From NCBI GenBank assembly GCA_041687695.1, contig JAWLBL010000002.1, positions 102,761 through 166,760 on the forward strand: DNA of 64,000 bases, written 5' to 3'. Below the pieces are notes generated by a model. It saw only the letters and a program-made list of their open reading frames with translations. It did no database searches and was not told the DNA's origin. Of this stretch, positions 58,320 to 64,000 are shown piece by piece; position 1 is the first letter of the stretch, and the number at the start of each line of letters is the position of its first letter. The stretch comes from Myxococcota bacterium. Lineage in GTDB: Bacteria > Myxococcota_A > UBA9042 > PHBI01 > JAWLBL01. Made by a program: the position numbers and the translations under genes.

Positions 58320-59327
58320 ATGCGGAGGCGACGGGGCGGCGTGGCGTTGGCGGCGGGCTTGCTGTTGGCGCTCTCGGGGTGCGACGGCGACGCGGCCGCG
58401 GGCGCGGGCGAGGGCGACGGCGTCGATGACGTCGAGGTGAAGGGCGGCGAGGACGGCGAGGGCGACGGCGCCGGGGAGGTGACGGGGCCCGACGCGCCCG
58501 ATGTCATCGACGAGCCCGAGGTCCCCGGGCCGCCGCCGCTGCCGGTGTATGGCGGCGGGGCGTGCCCCGAGCTGGTCGCGGGGCGGCAGGCCATCAGCTC
58601 GAACGGGGTCGAGCGCTGGGTGAACCTGGCGCTGCCCAGCGCGCCGGAGGGGGCCTCGGTGGCCTTCCTGTGGCACGGGTTCGGCGACTCGGCGGCCAAC
58701 TTCTCGGCCGCGTTCTCGGCCAAGCAGGTGGCGGCGGCCGAGGGGCTGATCGTCGTCACGCCCGAGCCGGCGTTCGAGCCGGGGCCGGCGTTCCCGCCGA
58801 CCTGGGGCCTGCTGGGTGAGCCGGAGCCGGATCTGGCGCTGTTCGACGACGTGCTGGCCTGCCTCGAGGATCAGTGGGACATCGACGAGCGGCGCGTCTA
58901 CACGATGGGCTTCAGCGCGGGCGCCCTGTGGAGCTCGCTGCTGGTCATACAGCGATCGGAGTTCCTGGCGGCGGCCACCCTGTGGAGCGGGGGTGACGAG
59001 GAGGCCGGCCTGGTGTCGGTCGTCTACGAGACGCCGGCGCATCGGACGCCGGTGCTGGCGGCGTGGGGCGGCGCCGACGACATCTGGGGCGGCGGCTTCG
59101 TGGACTTCCGCGCCGGGGCCGCGAGCCTGACGGGCAAGCTGGAGGCCGACGGACACGTCGTCGTGCGTTGCGATCACGGGCTGGGGCACACGGTGCCGTG
59201 GGACGGGCCGGGCTGGGGGTGGGACTTCCTGCTGGCCCACACCTGGGCCGAATCTGACAGCCCGTGGGCGGGCCACGACGGGGCCGGGTTTCCGGACTAC
59301 TGCGAATTTCCCGAAGGATCCCGGTGA
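58320..59327 (+). CDS. Esterase/PHB-depolymerase-like lipoprotein
   Basis: Lipobox LSGC; WHG, IDERRVYTMGFSAG, GG.DD and H..GH motifs. Confidence 0.85.
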   Translation: MRRRRGGVALAAGLLLALSGCDGDAAAGAGEGDGVDDVEVKGGEDGEGDGAGEVTGPDAPDVIDEPEVPGPPPLPVYGGGACPELVAGRQAISSNGVERWVNLALPSAPEGASVAFLWHGFGDSAANFSAAFSAKQVAAAEGLIVVTPEPAFEPGPAFPPTWGLLGEPEPDLALFDDVLACLEDQWDIDERRVYTMGFSAGALWSSLLVIQRSEFLAAATLWSGGDEEAGLVSVVYETPAHRTPVLAAWGGADDIWGGGFVDFRAGAASLTGKLEADGHVVVRCDHGLGHTVPWDGPGWGWDFLLAHTWAESDSPWAGHDGAGFPDYCEFPEGSR

Positions 59328-59410
59328 CCTGAGTTGGGGTGGGGTTGACGCCCCGGGCGGGGTCCACTAAGCCTCGCCGGCACATTTCCCAGCGAGGGAG
59401 GAGGGACACC

Positions 59411-61150
59411 ATGCGTATCCGTCGAATGATCGCCGTCGCGGCCTGCGTCGGCGCCGTCGGCCTGACCGGCTGCAGCACCATGAAGAAGCTGGCGCGGGGC
59501 GGCACGATCACCACCAACGATCTGGTGAACGAGTACGACAAGCACGAGCAGGAAAAGGAGCAGGCGCGGGAGCTGGAGAAGCGCATCGACGGCGAGCTGG
59601 CCGAGATCCAGGCCAAGCGCGAGTCGGGCAACTTCTCGTCGGCCGAGTACCGCGAGCAGAGCCTGCAGCGCATGCTCGAGCAGCTCAAGAAGCTCGACGA
59701 CGAGAGCCCGCAGCTGACCGCGGCGCCCAAGAAGCTCGAGGAGATCAAGAAGACCTACACCAAGGAGGTCTACGAGCGGAAGGCGCTGGCCGAGGAGTGC
59801 TCCAAGGCCATCGAGTCCTCGAAGAAGGCGCGCGCCGAGGACCGCTGGAGCGACGTGGACTACGCGCTCGAGCGCTTCGTGAAGGCGCGGCGCAAGCTCG
59901 TCGACGCCAAGGGCGACCCGGCCGTGGTCAAGCAGCTGGACGCCGGGGCCCTGGGCGAGTGGGAGCTGTTCGCGGCCAACGCCCTGAAGCAGACCAAGGC
60001 CTGGCGCATGGAGCAGAGCTTCTGGAACGCCGTCGGCATGGAGAAGAACCTGGCCAAGAAGGCCGAGGGGCTGGCCGAGGCCGAGCAGAACGCCGCGGGC
60101 AACACCGCCAAGACCGACAAGATCCTGGCGGACATGAAGGCCATCCAGATGGCCCACCGCGACCCCAAGGAGATCGAGGCCGAGCAGGCCAAGGGCGCGT
60201 TCGAGGCGTGGGTGAAGAACGCGACCGAGATCTTCCAAAAGGAGTGGGCGGTCGTCGCGGCGGCCGAGGCGGCGGCGCGGCCGACGTACCAGGCGGGCGT
60301 GGCGGCGCTGGAGGCCGGGGACTACGCCGGCGCGCTGACCAAGCTGCACGAGGCGCGCCAGGCGCTGTTCGAGAAGGCGTGGCCGTCGTCGGTCGCGCTC
60401 GAGGCGGCCGTCAACCAGGGCGACGTCAATAACGGCCTGTCCTACGAGATCGCGGCGGCCATCGCCCGGGTGCACTTCGAGAAGGGCGACACCGCGGCGC
60501 TGTACCCCGAGCTGGCCATCATCAAGGAGGGCCGCAAGTGGGGTACGCCCGAGCAGGAGCTGCAGGTGCGCCTGTACAACATCCTGGCGGACCGCAACGG
60601 GCGCCTCGCCCCGCAGGCGACGGATCTCGTCAAGCGCTACGCCTCGAGCTACTCGAACGAGGCCAAGCCGTGGCGCAACGCCCGTGAGGCCGCCGAGGCC
60701 GCCGAGGGCGAGGCGTACAACATGCTGGGCGTCGCCCTGAAGACCGTCAGCCACCGCCACGCGGCGAGCGAGCCCGACAAGAACGCGGGCGCCGTGGTCT
60801 TCATCGACGAGAAGGTGACGGAGGTCGCGGGCAACAAGCTGCGCTTCGACTTCCGCCAGAGCTACCAGGTCCCGACGAACTGCTGGCGCACGGGCCGCAT
60901 CTCGAGCGTCAACATCTACACGGGCCGCGTGTATTACGAGCAGAAGTGCAACTACAAGACCGTCAAGGAGGGCTACTTCCTGGTGGTCGACAAGCCCAAG
61001 GGCGCGACGGTCAAGAAGGGCGACAAGGTCTCGTTCTACGCGACCGTCGGCAAGAAGACCGGGTCCAACCTGAACCTCGACAACGCCGGCTTCATCCGCG
61101 TGGCGCCCGAGGGCAAGACGACCTGGTTCCTGGGTGTGAAGGTCAAGTAG
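59411..61150 (+). CDS. Helical lipoprotein, unknown function
   Basis: RBS GGAGGAGG; lipobox LTGC; Lys/Glu-rich helices and a beta-rich C-terminal domain. Confidence 0.85.
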   Translation: MRIRRMIAVAACVGAVGLTGCSTMKKLARGGTITTNDLVNEYDKHEQEKEQARELEKRIDGELAEIQAKRESGNFSSAEYREQSLQRMLEQLKKLDDESPQLTAAPKKLEEIKKTYTKEVYERKALAEECSKAIESSKKARAEDRWSDVDYALERFVKARRKLVDAKGDPAVVKQLDAGALGEWELFAANALKQTKAWRMEQSFWNAVGMEKNLAKKAEGLAEAEQNAAGNTAKTDKILADMKAIQMAHRDPKEIEAEQAKGAFEAWVKNATEIFQKEWAVVAAAEAAARPTYQAGVAALEAGDYAGALTKLHEARQALFEKAWPSSVALEAAVNQGDVNNGLSYEIAAAIARVHFEKGDTAALYPELAIIKEGRKWGTPEQELQVRLYNILADRNGRLAPQATDLVKRYASSYSNEAKPWRNAREAAEAAEGEAYNMLGVALKTVSHRHAASEPDKNAGAVVFIDEKVTEVAGNKLRFDFRQSYQVPTNCWRTGRISSVNIYTGRVYYEQKCNYKTVKEGYFLVVDKPKGATVKKGDKVSFYATVGKKTGSNLNLDNAGFIRVAPEGKTTWFLGVKVK

Positions 61151-62288
61151 TAGTGGCGTCAGAGAGGTCCGGGCAGCTCGCGGCGGCGTCGAAGGCGCTC
61201 AGGATGGCGAGCAGGGTCCGGACCTCTCGCGCGAGCAGGGGGGCCTTGCGGGCGTAACCCGCGAGGCCCGCCTGGCCCGTGTGGGCGTATAGGCCGGTGA
61301 CGAGGGCGCGCGCGCGGGCGGCCGGGGGGAGCGCGGCGGCCAGGGCGGCGGCGTGCGTCACGGGGATGACGTCGTCCTCGGCGCCGTGGACGACCCAGGT
61401 CGGGGTGGCGACGCGGGGCAGGAGGGGGCGCGGGTCGAGCCAGGCGTGGCGGGCGTCGGAGGCGTCGAGGGCGCCGAGGGCCCAGTCGAGGGCGCCGGGG
61501 GCGCAGCCGCAGCCGCGCAGGAAGGGGTCGCGCAGGGCGGCGGGGAGCGCGGCGGCGAGGTCGGCGGCGACGGCGGCGTGGCGGTCGGGGTGCTTGAGCT
61601 CGGGGCGGCCCCAGGTGCGGTGGACGTAGCGGGTCCAGGCGGCGGCGAGCGTGGGCTGGTCGGCGGCGGGGAGGCCGAGGCGGTCGAGCAGGTTGAGGAA
61701 GATGACCGGCTGGTTGAGCGGGTCGCGGGGCAGGTCCGGGGCGCCGGGGGCGAGGCCGGTGAGGCTGAAGCGCATGGCGTCGCGCCAGTCGAGGTAGCCG
61801 CCGAAGAGGACGAGGCCGCCGAGGTGGGGGCCGAGGGTGGGGGAGGCGGCGAGATCGAGGGCGACGCGGGAGCCGAAGGAGATGGAGACGACGCCGGGGC
61901 GGAGGCCGGCGGGGCGGTCGGGGGCGGCGAGGAGGGCGGTCAGGGCGCGGGCGGCGTCGTGCAGCAGGGTGGGGGCGAGGCGCAGGGCGAGGAAGTCGGG
62001 CAGGTAGGGCGCCCAGACCTGCAGGCCGGCGGCGGCGAGGACGCGGGCGAAGCGGGCCATGCGGGGGTCGGCGGGGCCGAGGAAGTGCAGGCCCGGGATG
62101 AGCAGGAGGAGGCCGGTGGGGCGGGCGTCTCGGGGCTGGAAGACGTCGACGCGGAGGGGGCGGTCGTCGGGGCGGGTCGGCGGGAGGTGGCGCGCGTCGA
62201 CGCGGACGGCGGCGGGGGCGCGGGTGTCCGGGGTCCAGGGGCCGAGCCAGCGGGCGAGGGTGGCGAGGCGGCGGGCGCGGGTGAGCAT
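61143..62288 (-). CDS. Alpha/beta hydrolase-fold protein
   Basis: PGLHFLG, SISFG nucleophile elbow, VHGAEDDVIP and a C-terminal His. Confidence 0.8.
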   Translation of the reverse strand: MLTRARRLATLARWLGPWTPDTRAPAAVRVDARHLPPTRPDDRPLRVDVFQPRDARPTGLLLLIPGLHFLGPADPRMARFARVLAAAGLQVWAPYLPDFLALRLAPTLLHDAARALTALLAAPDRPAGLRPGVVSISFGSRVALDLAASPTLGPHLGGLVLFGGYLDWRDAMRFSLTGLAPGAPDLPRDPLNQPVIFLNLLDRLGLPAADQPTLAAAWTRYVHRTWGRPELKHPDRHAAVAADLAAALPAALRDPFLRGCGCAPGALDWALGALDASDARHAWLDPRPLLPRVATPTWVVHGAEDDVIPVTHAAALAAALPPAARARALVTGLYAHTGQAGLAGYARKAPLLAREVRTLLAILSAFDAAASCPDLSDATTT

Positions 62289-62326
62289 GGGGCGAGCGTG
62301 GGTGAGGGGGGGGCGTGGGCGCGATC

Positions 62327-62740
62327 TCAGTCGCGCGAGGGGAGGCGCCAGAGCCAGACGATGACGGACAGGCCGATGGCGACGAGCAGGAGCTTGACGG
62401 AGAGCAGGGGGACGACGAAGGCGGCCGAGGAGCCGACGGAGAGGGCGATGAGGGCGATGGCGAAGCGTTTGGCGCGGCGCGGGACGGTGCGGGTGGCGCG
62501 CCACTCGGCGACGAGGGGGCCGATGGCCGGGCGGGTGAGGACCCAGGTGTAAAGGCGCGGCGAGGAGCGGAAGAAGCAGGCGGCGGCGACGATCATGAAG
62601 GGCGTGGTCGGCAGGACGGGGAGCACCACGCCGGCCAGGCCGAGGCCGGTCGCCAGGATCCCGAGCGTCAGCCAGAGCAGGCGCCACGCGAGCGGCGTGG
62701 CGGCGGCGCGGAGGGCGGCGTCTTCGGGGCGGTCGGACAT
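62327..62740 (-). CDS. YbaN (DUF454) family membrane protein
   Basis: GVVLPVLPTTPF.......F.RSSPR signature. Confidence 0.92.
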   Translation of the reverse strand: MSDRPEDAALRAAATPLAWRLLWLTLGILATGLGLAGVVLPVLPTTPFMIVAAACFFRSSPRLYTWVLTRPAIGPLVAEWRATRTVPRRAKRFAIALIALSVGSSAAFVVPLLSVKLLLVAIGLSVIVWLWRLPSRD

Positions 62741-62751
62741 GGCCACTCGGG

Positions 62752-63468
62752 TCAGCGGAGGAGGAAGACGACCCCCATCACCATCAGGACGGAGAGGACC
62801 CCCTGGCGGAAGCGGATGGCGTCGACGCGGGTGTACAGGCGCGTCCCCAGCCAGACGCCGCCGAGCAGGGCCGGCATGAGGGCGCCGTTGACGAACAGGG
62901 CCTCGGGGCTGAGCATGCCCGAGGCCAGAAAACCGATGGTCTGCGGGACGGTCATGCACAGGAAGAAGGTGACCGTGGTCGCCTTGATGGCGTCCTTGTC
63001 CCAGCCGGTGAGCGAGGTGTAGATGATGACCGGCGGGCCGCCGGTGTTGAGACCCGCTTGAAGGAGGCCGCCGACGGCGCCGAAGGGGACGGCCCACCGG
63101 CCGGGCAGGCGGGCGCGGGCGAGGCGGCCGCCGGCCAGGGCGAGCAGGCAGTAGGCCACGATGATGACGCCCAGGGCGACCTGGAGGATGGCCGTGTCGA
63201 TCGTGCGCAGGGCGAAGACGCCGAAGGGGGCGCCGATCAGGCCGCCTAGGACGAGGGGGAGGACCTTGCGGCGGTCGAGGTGCGCGCGCAGCTGGGTCAC
63301 GAGGTAGACGTTCAGGACCAGCGTGAAGACCGCCACGATGGGGACGGCCTGCTGGATGGTCATGAACAGGGGCAGGACGCTCATCGAGAGCATGCCGAAG
63401 CCGAACCCCACGATGCCCTGCAACGTGGCGGCGGCGAAGACGACCGAACCGATGAGGAGCCAGCTCAT
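62752..63468 (-). CDS. TauE/SafE family (sulfite exporter) membrane protein
   Basis: QGIVGFGFG and GGPP motifs; multiple transmembrane helices. Confidence 0.9.
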   Translation of the reverse strand: MSWLLIGSVVFAAATLQGIVGFGFGMLSMSVLPLFMTIQQAVPIVAVFTLVLNVYLVTQLRAHLDRRKVLPLVLGGLIGAPFGVFALRTIDTAILQVALGVIIVAYCLLALAGGRLARARLPGRWAVPFGAVGGLLQAGLNTGGPPVIIYTSLTGWDKDAIKATTVTFFLCMTVPQTIGFLASGMLSPEALFVNGALMPALLGGVWLGTRLYTRVDAIRFRQGVLSVLMVMGVVFLLR

Positions 63469-63527
63469 GCGGCGCGGAGGATAGCGGGCGCGGCTGCGCT
63501 TGGATACCGCGGCGACGGCTCGGCGCG

Positions 63528-64000
63528 TCAGAGGTGGCGGACGATGGCGCCGGCCATGGCGTCGATCGGGGCCTCGACCGTCGCCACGCCCTCCTCGCGG
63601 ACGCGCCGCGGCATGCCGTAGACGATGCAGCTGGATTCGGCCTCGGCCAGGACCAGGCCGCCGGCGTCGCGGAGGGCGCGCGCGCCCTGCAGGCCGTCGT
63701 CGCCCATGCCGGTGAGCACGACGCCGAGAGCGCGTCCGCCGGTGGCGCGTGCCGCCGAGGCGAACAGGGCGTCGACCGAGGGGTGATAGAGGCTGTCGAT
63801 GGGCTCGTGGCCGACCTGGGCGACGAGGGTCCCGTCGCGGCGGGCGATGGTGAGGTGCTGCCCGCCTGGGGCGATGTAGACGTGGCCGGGCTGCAATGGG
63901 TCGCCGTCGTCGGCCTCGCGGACGGTGACGGCGCAGGACTGGTCGAGGCGGCTCGCCATCGCGGCGGTGTAACCCGAGGGGATGTGAAGGGCGACGGCGA
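63528..64000 (-). CDS. cheB: CheB methylesterase, C-terminal part (gene starts beyond window)
   Basis: HIP, YIAPGG.H, PSVD.LF, LTGMGDDG and YGMP motifs; frame open to the window edge. Confidence 0.92.
   Translation of the reverse strand, partial: AVALHIPSGYTAAMASRLDQSCAVTVREADDGDPLQPGHVYIAPGGQHLTIARRDGTLVAQVGHEPIDSLYHPSVDALFASAARATGGRALGVVLTGMGDDGLQGARALRDAGGLVLAEAESSCIVYGMPRRVREEGVATVEAPIDAMAGAIVRHL

Overview
Very GC-rich chromosomal window. The gene content points to a myxobacterium-like organism (Myxococcota, inferred): Cys-rich and acidic-linker lipoproteins, TPR proteins, a Ser/Thr kinase, CotH and a Uma2 nuclease. It holds about 53 protein genes, mostly ordinary metabolic, envelope and signalling functions. 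I see no rRNA, tRNA, CRISPR-cas or canonical transposase. The most notable structure is a composite element present twice in opposite orientations (~6165-8466 on +, ~29818-32280 on -). Read in gene sense it comprises a G-rich tract, a 107-bp unit (one partial copy at locus 1, seven tandem copies at locus 2), a conserved hairpin with a compensatory C-G/G-C base pair, an invariant 19-bp box, a tandem array of the dyad motif CGYCCC/GGGRCG, and an HNH endonuclease gene. The same dyad motif recurs inside the gene and at its 3' end. Copy 2 has lost the 5' part of the gene at a junction next to an array repeat. Other observations are a 42-bp two-palindrome array, a duplicated 3' end of an alcohol dehydrogenase gene bracketing a 3-kb islet, a GyrA-motif mini-protein, a RelA/SpoT+TPR protein, a DPF-repeat TPR protein, and repeated TANNNT boxes just before start codons that suggest leaderless transcription. 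All calls were made by eye from sequence motifs; no database searches were run.
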